From Torpedo marmorata (Eukaryota): DNA of 64,000 bases. Both the position numbers and the translations under genes were made by a program. Below are positions 1-10,279 of the stretch, one piece after another; within the stretch, counting starts at the first letter, position 1, and the number at the start of each line of letters is the position of its first letter. Under the pieces are notes generated by a model that searched no databases, was not told the origin of the DNA, and worked only from the letters and a program-made list of their open reading frames with translations. The stretch spans positions 1,612,001-1,676,000 of the forward strand of contig CDRNVU010000048.1 in the NCBI GenBank assembly GCA_977017645.1, given 5' to 3'.

Positions 1-28
1 AAAATTCATTACTTTGTGTATTTCATCT

Positions 29-1026
29 AGGTAATTTAATTTTAGATAAAAATCTATTAATTTTAGAATCATCTTGATCAATCTGAGATTTATATAAATT
101 CAAATAATAATCTTTAAAATAATAATTTATTTCTCTAGGTTTATATGTTATTTTCTTAGAATTATTTTTATAGCATTTATAGTTCTCAAAGTTTGATCTT
201 TCTTTAATTGCCACGCCAGCACTTTATGTGCTCTTTCTCCCAATTCATAATATCTTTGTTTAGTTATTACAATTAATTTTTCCGTTTTGTATGTTTGTGA
301 CAAATTATAATGCAATTTTTTCCCAACTAAATTATTCCTTTTTTCTTCTGATCTCTTTTTTTGCAAGTTCTTCTCCAAACATTCAATCTCCCTCTTCAAA
401 TTATACACCTCTCGAACATAGTCCTTCTTAATTTTTGCTGAATAACTTATTATTGGTCCTCTTAAATAAGCCTTTAAAGCTTCCCAAATAATAAATTTAT
501 TATCAGTCGAATTAGAATTTATTTGTAAAAATTCCTGAATTTCCCTTCTTATATAATCACAAAACTCCATTATTTTTAATAAAAAAGTATTAAATCTCCA
601 CCTATATATTGTGTTTTTCTGGAATTATACAAGACATTAATAAAGCCGAATGGTCAGAAATTATTCTCGCTTTATAAGATGCTTTTGTTGCTCTGTCTTG
701 AACTTGTGAAGACAATAAAAACAGATCTACCCGAGAATATGAATCATGTCTAAAAGAGTAAAAAGAGTAATCTTCTTCTCTAGGATTCAATGTTCTCCAA
801 ATATCTATTAAATTTAAGTCTTTCATCAAAGTCAGAACTCTTTTGGCAATTTTAGGTTTAGAAACTGATCTTGATGTTTTATCCATTATCGGATCTAAAC
901 AACAGTTTAAATCCCCACCAATTAAAATATTATCAATAGCTTCTGACAAATGCAAAAAAAGAATCTTGAGTAAATTTTCGTCATTCGCATTTGGTGCATA
1001 TAAGTGTCCACAATTCCGAATATATA
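29..1026 (-). mobile_element. L1-clade LINE fragment (ORF2 APE endonuclease and linker), 5'-truncated and frameshifted
   Basis: ORFs 602-955 (ILIGGDLNC, YSRVDLFL, ISDHSAL), 148-570 (IWEALKAYLRG) and 23-214. The DNA aligns by eye with the L1 copy at about 60405-61420. Confidence 0.92.
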
Positions 1027-2391
1027 GTGGTTATTGGAGAAAAGTTTTGGTGACAAGCATATAATTTCTAGAGTCTATACACAGAAAGCTCTTTCATGGT
1101 CATCAATAATACCAGAGGACACGGATGGTTTACAATCTTACGCCCTCTTTCTCAGAGGATTTTTAAACGTCATGACGGATATTGCCTATCGTCGAGAGGT
1201 TGACGTACCTCAGAATATGGTAAACATTGTAGATAAATTACCAAACCGGATGAGAGAATTATTTAAAATACAAGTTCTTGAATATCAAATAAAACACAAG
1301 GTGGCAACTACTTTTTAGGATTTGGTGGATTTCATTGAAGGACAAGTGGATGTTGTTACAGATCCAGTGTATGGAATTAAGAGTACTCAAACAGTGAGTA
1401 AAGAGGTTGAAAATACCAAATTGTATCCGCAACCAAAATTAAAGACAAGTACATTTGCCACCTCTCTCACAGTGGTGGATAAAGAAATTAAGGAAACTAA
1501 AAGTTCACCTGTTGAGAATATTTGTTTATTATGTAATTATAAGCACGATTTGGGAAAATATGCACAGATTGAAAAGTAGACGCATCGTGAGAAATCGCTT
1601 TTTTGAAGGGAAATGGAGTGTGTTATGTCTGTCTGTGTAAAGGAAACATCAGAAAAGACTGCAAAAAGCGACTCTCCTGCGATATATGTAATCAAAAACA
1701 TCCCAAAATGCTACACGTCTTCAAGGAAAAGAAGGATACAGAAAAGGAACAAACGTCGATGAAAGAAACAGATGAAAACAGTGCTCAAGCTTCAGTGTCG
1801 ACAAGTGGCCTGACTGGGGCCGGTGCAGAGAACTACAAACTCTCGATAGGACCTGTACAAGTTAATGCCAATATTGGGAATGAAACAGTACATACTTATG
1901 CATTTCGTGAACAAGGAAGCACTGCATCATTTTGCACTGTTGGGCTTATGAAAAGGCTTAAACCTGAAGAAAAAAGACAAATATTCTATTGAAAACCATG
2001 GAACAAAATATCTTTTTTAAACTAACATGGTTTCATGTTTATAGGCTGCTGGAAAACACAGTGACGATTTTTGTGATCTTCCAGGCATATATACACAGAA
2101 GGCTATGCCTGTGCATAAAGGAAACAAACCACATCAAAGTGAGGTGGATCAGTGGTCCTATCTGAGGAAGGTTTATATGCCGGAAGATAACTCTAAGATA
2201 GAGATGCTAATTGGTTTAAATGTACAAAAGGCTCTGGGACCAATAGAGGTAATACCTAGTGTGAGAGATAGACCTTACGCTATTAAAACAATGCTTGAAT
2301 TGACAATCAATGGACCATTAGAAAGAAAGAATGATATTGCTCAGAAGCAGTCAACAACCAGTGTCAATATGATATCTGTTGTGAAACTGAA

Positions 2392-3915
2392 AGAACCTTC
2401 AGAAGAATACAAACAGTTATTAGAAATTCTTGCTGATGAAAATGAATCAAGATCATCTAAATCGGTAAGGAAGAAATTGTTTTCATCAAAAATGGATGAA
2501 AATGAAGCATTCGAAAATGCTGCAAATACTGCAGGTGATTATTCCTGTGAAGTTAAATCAAACGGAAAGAATGAAACAAATATTTGATCAAAATCAAGAT
2601 CAAGATTCCATTTATTGTCATAATAATAAGACAGTGTCATATTCCATGAAATTTCTTTTTGCCTGCTGCAAGGCAGACAGATTCGCCACCGGCAGAAATT
2701 GCCTAAGCGCCTCTAACATTCCTTACAGTCAGAGAAAGAGAAGGAAAGAGAGACCCCCCAGAGTCATCGAGTGTCCGTAGATTCGCCTCCAGCGCTTCCG
2801 CAGCCTCCGCAGCCACAGAGAGTCCAGTCCAAACCATCGGCAAGCCGAGCTCCAGATCGAACCTCCGACACGGTCAGGGCGCCCTCGGCACCCCCTCGCA
2901 TCCCGGTTGCGATACCTGGTACTCCTCCAGCCAGTTCGAGCCAGCCTCCAGTAGTCCGCAGCCCAGCGTGAGTCCCCCGACAGAAGTCTCCAGCAGCCCA
3001 CAGCCTCCGCCGGTTCCTCGCCTCGAGTCGCAAGCAGACCGCCGAATGCACTGGTCCTTCAGCCTCAGAGCCCCTCACTGGTCCGCCGCCGTGGTCACCG
3101 TCCCGTGGGTCGTCTCCTCCGCTTCTCCTTCTCAGACGGGGGGTGATCTTCCCGACCTCTGGTGCCCTGCTCTAGTCCTCCGCTTCCCCGGAGTCTGCAG
3201 CCCCTCGTGGCTGCTGCCGGTTAAAAGGCGCTGCCATATTGGGCGCAGACTCTATGGTTGCGGGATCGTAAATAAAACCAAACAAATCTGACAATATGGC
3301 GCAACTGCCTTCAGAGTACAAAATGTTGAAAAATAACTTAGAAATATTGGATGGTCCAGAAAAATATGACCAAAAAGTTTTGAAGTTTGAACTTGAAAAC
3401 AACACTGAATCTGATAAATCGTCAGTTTTGAAAGTAACCGAAAGAGAAGCTCAGAGAGCAGTTGACAAGAATGGAGAATTAATTGTAAATATAATTCGTA
3501 AAACCATGAAGAAAAGAATAACTGCTAAAGAAATGAATGCAGTTATTTACGAAAGGGATTCAGCATTATCAAGATGCAAAAGGCTGGAGGAGGAGATTCA
3601 TTTTGTGAAAGAGAACAAGTCATTGTTTAATGACACAAGACAACTGACTATGGAAAACAATGAAGAATGTACCGTGACGATGCAAATATAAAGACATATT
3701 ATATTCTTGAAGACCCAGTTGAAAATGCAGAAAGAAAGAAATATTACATTATTGAAGACCCAGTTAATAAATACAGAAAGGGAATCTGATTAAAAAATTG
3801 CAAGGTAAATCATCAATAAATGAGACTGAATTGGAAGATGCAAAATTGGATCCGGAATTACAGGAAAAGACAATGGAAGCCAGAGTGGCTGTTGATGAAT
3901 TTGAGGAACCAATGT
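2392..3915 (+). pseudogene. MIPOL1: Intronless MIPOL1-like coiled-coil fragment inside the BEL element, interrupted by an insertion at 2584-3292
   Basis: ORF 3296-3691 contains KNGELIVNIIRKTMKKRITAKEMNAVIYERDSALSRCKRLEEEIHFVKE...TRQLTMENNEE. This matches vertebrate MIPOL1 as I recall it (KNGAIIVDRIYKTKECKMRITAEEMSALIEERDAALSKCKRLEQELHHVKE...MRHLTAENNQE). Boundaries are approximate. Confidence 0.8.
2584..3292 (-). mobile_element. ~710 bp non-coding GC-rich retroposon with a Rex1/Babar-type 3' tail
   Basis: On the minus strand it ends ATGACAATAAATGGAATCTTGATCTTGAT, and its 5' end has an AATATGGCAGCG motif. It is flanked by AATAT at 2579-2583 and 3293-3297 (candidate TSD). Confidence 0.65.
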
Positions 3916-4187
3916 TGTTTGAGTCCTACCCTTTCTATAACCGACCGCTGTAGAAAAAGGAACAGAGAAAGAAGACTCATCTTGTGTCCTCAAGAAAGTG
4001 AATACCTTGGAAATTGAAATTGACTTTCCAAACAGAACGATTACCAAAATCTGACTTTTAAATGAAACAGAAAGCTTTAATGATTGACTTTCAATTTCAT
4101 TTGAATATTTACCGGATGTGTTATTATATTTGATTCTCTTTATAGTTGTCATTATTATTTTTAAATATAATAATTTGGGGCCGGAAT

Positions 4188-4612
4188 TGTAAGTGTTAAA
4201 ATGACATTCAATCACTTGTTCACTTGGGATGCCAGTTTGTGGCAGCCTGCAGTTTGTTTTGCATTCCTTTGAGTGTTTCTGTTGTTGCAGCCTGTGAGAC
4301 CAAAGCCTTTCTCTGTGGTTTTGAGGTAAGACAGTCAGTTTTGAATTGTTCTTACTTCTGAGAAGATGGAGGGTCTTGGAATAGACCTGCAACTATACTG
4401 ACCGTTTAAAGTAACGGGTCAAGTAACGTATAAATTATATTTTAAGCATCATGTTAATCGTATCTCAAAGGTGATAAGTAATAACCCATATAAGGTGTAA
4501 TAAACCTTGGAAAACTCTATTCAAGTTCTTCGTGGATCGTTTTCGATAAATGAGTAATAAATAAGGACATTCCAGGCTCTCCAGGAGACTATATAGGAAG
4601 ATAGTCGCTACA
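4188..4612 (+). repeat. 3' LTR of the BEL/Pao element
   Basis: Follows the PPT-like GGGGCCGGAAT (4177-4187). Begins TGTAAG, ends GCTACA and contains AATAAA. CR1 sequence starts immediately after it. Confidence 0.7.
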
Positions 4613-6212
4613 CGAGAACAGCTTTTCCAAAATAGGGCGCCCATAACTGTGCACAGTACTTCAAGTGAGGTCTCACCAGCGCCCTGTAGAGCCTCATCAT
4701 TACACCCAGCTCTCATATGCTATTCCTCTAGAAATGAATGCCAACTTTGCATTCGCCAGCTTTCTTCACTGCCGACTTAACCTTGAGGTTAACCTTTAGG
4801 GTTTCCTGCACGAGGACTCCCAAGTACCTTTGCACCTCTGAATTTTGAATTTTATCTCCGTCTAAATAATAGACCGCCCGTCTTTGTCTTGTACCAAAGT
4901 GTATGACTGGACATACATCGTATTTCACCTGCCCTCTCCTTGCCCAATCTCCTAATCTATGCAAGTCTCTCTGCAGCCTTTCCGTGTCCTCAGCACCAAC
5001 AGCTCTACCACCTATTTTGGTGTCATCTGCCTAACCATGCTATTATACTTCCTGTAATTCCATGAGCGCACATCTTGTTAAGCAGCATCACATGTTACAC
5101 CTTGTCGAAGACCTTTTTGAAAGTCCAAATACACAACCTCCACTGATTCTCCCCTGTCCTTCCTGTTTATTGTCTCCACAAAATATGTCAAAGATTTGTC
5201 AGGCATGATTTTGCTTTAAGGAAACCATGCTGACTTGGAAATATCTTGTGAGACTCCTCTGGGTTCTCCGTAACCTCATCTTTGACAATTGATTGCAACA
5301 TCTTCCCAAACACCAACGTCAGATTAATAGGTCTGTTGTTTTACTTCCGCTGCTCCCTTCCACTTTTCAAGAAAAGAGTGACATTCGCGCTTCTTCAGTC
5401 CTCTGTAACCATGTCATAATCCGATTATTCTTTCAAAATCATTATCAATGCCTCCACAATCTCTGCAGCAACCTCCTTCCAAATTCAAGGGTGCATTCCT
5501 CCGGTCGGGGAGACTTATCTACCCTTAGACCATTTCTCTTCCCAAGTACCTTCTCTCTCGTGAACTTGACAGCACTCACTTCACATCCCAGAGACCTTTG
5601 AGAGTCAGATAAGCTACAAATGTCTTCAACTGTAAAGACTGATAAAATAAATATTTATTTAGTTCTTCTGCCATTGCAAACTCTCCGGCGTCATTTTCTA
5701 ACGGATCTATGTCTACTCGTGTCTCTCTTTTGCTCTTTATTTACTTATACAGAAGCTTTTTAACATCCTATTTGATATTATTTGCTCACCTCCTTACATG
5801 ATTTTTCTTTTCCTTCCTAATCACCTTTTCAGTTTCATTCTCTGTTTTTTTTAAAGTTTCCCACTCCTCCATCATCCCCCAAAGTGTTGCTTCCTTGTAT
5901 GGCCTCACTTTTGCTTTAACATTGGCTTTAACTTCCCTCGTCAGCCATAATTGTCTCATTTTTCCACTCATAACTTCCTTTCCTTTGGTATGTACCTGCT
6001 CTGCACTTTCCTCATTTTTGCAGAAATTTAAGCCATTGCTGATCTGCTGTTATCCCGAATAGTGTGATTTCCCAATGACTTTAGCCAGATCCTCTTTTAT
6101 GCGACTGAAACTTCCTTTACTCCACTGAAGTGTCGACACATCGGACATTTGCCTTTCCTTTTCAAATTTCACAGTGAATTCGATCATATTGTGATCACTG
6201 CTTCCTAGGGGT
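4613..6212 (-). mobile_element. CR1 LINE ORF2 fragment, decayed
   Basis: ORF 4728-4964 (WARRGQVKY, IHFG, RYLGVLVQETLK) and 5786-5971 (LWLTREVKANVKAK), with ADDTKI-like and HDFALRKPC-like remnants. Confidence 0.85.
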
Positions 6213-6214
6213 TA

Positions 6215-6335
6215 TTGCGTGTGTGTTTTTTGGAATGTGCTTGTTTGTGTGCGTATGTGCGTATGCGTGTTTGAATAAAAAGGTGTGTGTGCTTGTGTGT
6301 GTGTGTGTGCGTGTGTGCGCGCGCGCGCGCGTGTT
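6215..6335. repeat. Degenerate (TG)n/(CG)n microsatellite
   Basis: Direct reading: gtgtgtgtgtgtgcgtgtgtgcgcgcgcgcgcgc. Confidence 0.9.
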
Positions 6336-6739
6336 GGGGGGGGCGGGAAGCGTATGCCTGAGAGTAACTGAGGTGTATGTGCTCTCAGGTGATGTAAGGC
6401 AGAAGACAATTGAAGCTGGAGTTTACTACATAGATTCCCTAAGCCAGGCACGTCGTTCATTGTGGCCTTTGCTTATCTCTGCTGATCTCCTCTTCTATGC
6501 CATGTCCACGAGACCTTCCATTCGTTGAACTTTGAAATATTTCCTCTCTCCCCATTGAAGACATCCAATAATCTTGCTTCCCTCTCTGGAAGGTAATTCA
6601 AGCGATTAACCGTTCTCTGGGGTATACTTTGAATAGCCAGCACCTGACGTTTTATCTACGACCTATTCTTCGTCACTCCACACGTGTACGTAAACTTCTA
6701 CCTTGCACACCCCCATTGGTATCTCGAGAGTAAAACCCG

Positions 6740-6900
6740 AAAATCTGCAGGAACCGTGATAAAAATAAAAATAAAATACTGGAGAAACTCAGCAGTTCAA
6801 GCAATGTACGTTATATAGCAAAGGTAAAAACACATAACCAATATTTCAGGCTTTAGCCCTTCGTCAAGGCATGAATAAAACGTAAGAAGACACCCGATCA
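6740..6900 (-). repeat. Penelope-like terminal repeat (pseudo-LTR) fragment
   Basis: ctggagaaactcagc motif. The reverse complement resembles the copies at about 45195-45300, 48460-48560 and 52965-53085. Confidence 0.55.
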
Positions 6901-7273
6901 AAACTGGAATCTCTCTGTTTAAATAAAGTCGTCCCTCAATCATCTCAACTCCTGGTAATATCGGCACACAGTATCAACGTTTTGACTGAAGGTCTGGAGC
7001 CAATATGCTCTACTGCGATCCAGCAAATGCATCTGGTACATCTTATATCTCAATATTGATCCCATGAGGTTATGCATCAAATACAGAAAGACAGATCATT
7101 ATCTTAATTATCTTAATCTGTAAAAAGTGAAGTTCTATGAGCTTGGGACATCCTTGGAAAATAAACTCCAACATGAACAAGTGGTTTTGCAGTAATCGGC
7201 TGCTGTAATTTCCAGAGCAACACACACTCAGCGATCTTTGGCGAACTGTCAGATATTGTTTACAAATATACTA

Positions 7274-8370
7274 AAATCAAGTTCAAGTTTGTTTGTAGTC
7301 CAATTGTACAAGTACAAACAAATGAAAACAGTGTTCTCCGGTCCTCTGTGCACAATATGCACTCGTACAGTCATTACACACATACANNNNNNNNNNNNNN
7401 NNNNNNNNNNNNNNNNNNNNNNNNNNNNNNNNNNNNNNNNNNNNNNNNNNNNNNNNNNNNNNNNNNNNNNNNNNNNNNNNNNNNNNNNNNNNNNNNNNNN
7501 NNNNNNNNNNNNNNNNNNNNNNNNNNNNNNNNNNNNNNNNNNNNNNNAACTTGTTTACTTGTTTCTCATCCTGCTTGTGCTGCCTCTGATACTCCTATAA
7601 CGCTTTTCTGACGGGAGGAGTTACAAATGCTATGTGTGTGGTGGTTTGGACCCACTACGATTTTGCGAGCCCTCTTCAAAAACCACACCGCTAAATCACG
7701 TCGATGGGGGATGAGTGAGACCCAAATTACTGTCTCTTCCGCTTTTATGGTCCTCTGGATTTGCTTCCGATCTAATGCACCACAGCAAACATACCACACA
7801 GTGATGCAGCAGGCCAGAAGTCCTGTATAAAGTTGATCTGATGGTGGCGGTAGCGTTGCCCGCTTCCATCTTCTCAGGAAGTGCTGTCGCTGTTTCTCCT
7901 TGCTGACAAGGGAGGATATGTTATGTGCCTAAGATAGGTCACTTCTTAAGTGAACTACGAATATTTTGGTGCAGTCTATTCTCTCCACTCACTAAATATT
8001 GATGTGTGGTGGTGGATGGTCCTCCCTGGTCCTCCTGACGTCCAACATTATCTTCCTTGTCTTGATCAATTGGAGACTCAGTTTCTCCCAGCATATCACA
8101 AGATTTTACACCTCGTTTCACTTTGTTGCTGATGAGGCCAAAAACTCTCGTGTCATCTGCAAATGTGATGACACTGTTTGAGGTGTATCTGCCGTTTCAG
8201 TCGTGGATCAGTCGTGTGAACAGGAGAGTGCTCATTACACAGCCCTGCGGTGCGCCCGTGCTGAGCGCGACGGTGCTCAACGTTATATTGCCGAACCGAA
8301 CAGACTGTCGCCCTTCCGTTGGAAGTACAGAACCCATTAGCATGGAAAGGTGTAGGGTCCCATCGAGGAA
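7274..8370 (-). mobile_element. Rex1/Babar LINE 3' portion, spanning an N gap
   Basis: RT motifs [16 protein letters not shown] and FADDT on the minus strand. The tail at about 7274-7350 resembles the one at 19480. Confidence 0.85.
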
Positions 8371-8879
8371 ATGTTTACCGGGCAAAGTTGTCTTGTAATC
8401 CGATATAGTTCCGCTCAAAGAGAGGACGTAACTCGTCAAACCGGGTTCAATCAGCTTCATGGAAGGACACATGCAAGAGGAAAAAATCCACTGAAGGACA
8501 GGACTCTTATCTGCATTATTATAAAATTGTTGTGGGTTCCAAGTACAGAGCTGTCGGAAAGTGGCAACGCATGTAGATCGTAGCAAAGCTGTCTCATCTC
8601 ATTCGTTCCTTAATTGTGGAAGACCTCGCGAATGATTGTAAATAAATCGTCGCGTCCAAAATAAATCTTTCCAGGCCGCACTTGGCATGTTGTGGATACA
8701 TTTGTGGCCCGATTAAAAGAAGGATCTGACAGTTGTGTAAAATATACATCAGACAGTCTATCTTGAATTCTCTGCGGAGTTGGTAATCGAAAGGAAAACT
8801 TGATAGAATATTATAACACTTTCACAGGCATCAATATGACAGGCACTCAGAATATTTTGAAGGCTAATATGTCAAATAC

Positions 8880-9198
8880 TTTCAACGCTGCCTTAAGGAA
8901 GCAACCTCTATCAAAAAGGACCCGCAACACCCAGACCACGCTTTGTTCACACTTATATCATCCGGAAGGAGTTGCAGGAGCCTCAATACAAACACCCAGC
9001 GGCACAAGGACAGCTTCTTCCCATCTGCCATCGTATTTTTGAATGCACAATGAACCGCAGACACTACCTCACTTTATCTTATTTTACACAAATTTATTTA
9101 TTGTTAATTGTTATTTTTTGGCAATATTTGCACTATAATGATGCCGGACAACGACGAATTTTGTGACATGTTCATGACAATAAATTGTGATTCTCATT
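8880..9198 (+). mobile_element. Rex1/Babar 3' end
   Basis: KDPQHPDH / DSFFPSAI remnant followed by catgacaataaattgtgattct. Same tail family as 31080-31442. Confidence 0.85.
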
Positions 9199-9396
9199 GA
9201 TTTATTGTCTGGGTGGAGCACTTTATAGGAGTTTTTGGGGGCAAGATTTATTCCGCAGACAGAGATGGTTCGAGGGTAACTGTGGACTGAAGTTCAGATG
9301 CTGTTCGTTAAACACATTACTTTATCTCGAATGGGGAGATATGGATTACATGCAGGAAGAAGAGGCATTTATTATTTCTGTAGTGTACCGGGCAGA

Positions 9397-10279
9397 CTCG
9401 ACAAGGGTTTCGTGAGTTAATAAACATTCTGTCACCGCCGGTCTCTCCCACCTACTTCGTGAACTGCATTGCATCCATCTGAAGCTTTCGTGTCGCATCC
9501 ATCTGAAGCCAGCGTTTCGCATCGATTAAAACCTTCTTGTCAATATTGGATGTTTTGAGACTGAATTTTGAACTGAAATGTCCTTTTTGACGAGTGACAA
9601 CCAAAACTCCCCTCTTATTTTGCGTGGGGGACACGAAGCGAGTGATGGTCAAAAAGCTTACAAAACACTTTCCGTGGGTCAGACGTATTCACGTAACACT
9701 CACAATGGTCACAATCCAAACGCAGTATGTCTTCTGCTTCCAGAAACATTTCAGTGGGTCCGCGATCAAAGTGACCTTCACATTTTTGTCACAGAGTGGT
9801 ATTCTCATTCCCCTGCAACCTGGAGAAATCAGACTAATTGTCTATCACCACACGAGGCCACATTCACCACAGTATTCCTTCAAAGGTTGCTTTTCCAAGG
9901 GATGACTCTTTAAAATGGCAATATCGCATTCCCCTATAACATGGGGAAATCAGACAGATTGTCTATAACCACACACGAGGCCACTTCAGTACTGTATTAC
10001 TTCCAAGAGCACTGCTCCACAGCACTGCCTCCTCAAAATGGCCCCTGAGCAAAACTGTGTACTCAGGCTTGAATCTGATGGTCACATGGTCTAAGCACCT
10101 GGGGTTTTTCCACGGCCCCACCCTCTCTCTTCAGATGTATCCAATTTGGGAACACGCTGTCCTCAGCCTGCGGTCAGTTCAGTCACTCTACAGAGCCTGC
10201 AGGGTTTTGTTAAGTTTGTTTTCTCAACGTGACAGTCCCACGCAGATGAAATGTATCTGAAAAATGGTAGCACGTAATA
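9397..10279 (-). repeat. 3' LTR of Gmr1-like family A, truncated and partly inverted
   Basis: 9576-10279 aligns directly with about 16645-17358. 9397-9575 is the reverse complement of about 16479-16632. Confidence 0.85.

Larger units (their letters stand above)
1027..4612 (+). mobile_element. BEL/Pao LTR retrotransposon, decayed; Gag, protease remnant and 3' LTR present, RT/RH/IN core absent
   Basis: BEL-type Gag (FGDKHIISRVYTQKALSW) and zinc knuckles (CYVCLCKGNIRKDC, CDICNQKHPKMLH). Protease-site remnant TYAFREQGSTASF and post-protease motifs MLIGLNV / PYAIKTMLELTINGPL. Pol C-terminal remnant NRTITKI*LL near 4030-4062, then a PPT and an LTR. Confidence 0.85.

Noticed and set aside
2729-3291. 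Several overlapping Pro/Ser/Arg-rich ORFs on both strands
   Set aside because: They are a by-product of high GC content in the non-coding retroposon and show no domain motifs.
3790-4392. 200 aa minus-strand ORF
   Set aside because: It is antisense across the BEL 3' region and LTR, with no recognisable motifs.
8380-8870. Non-repeat island sharing an 18/20 match (gacctcgcgaatgattgtaa) with about 26580-26599
   Set aside because: The similarity does not extend in either direction, a match this short can occur by chance in 64 kb, and there is no convincing ORF.
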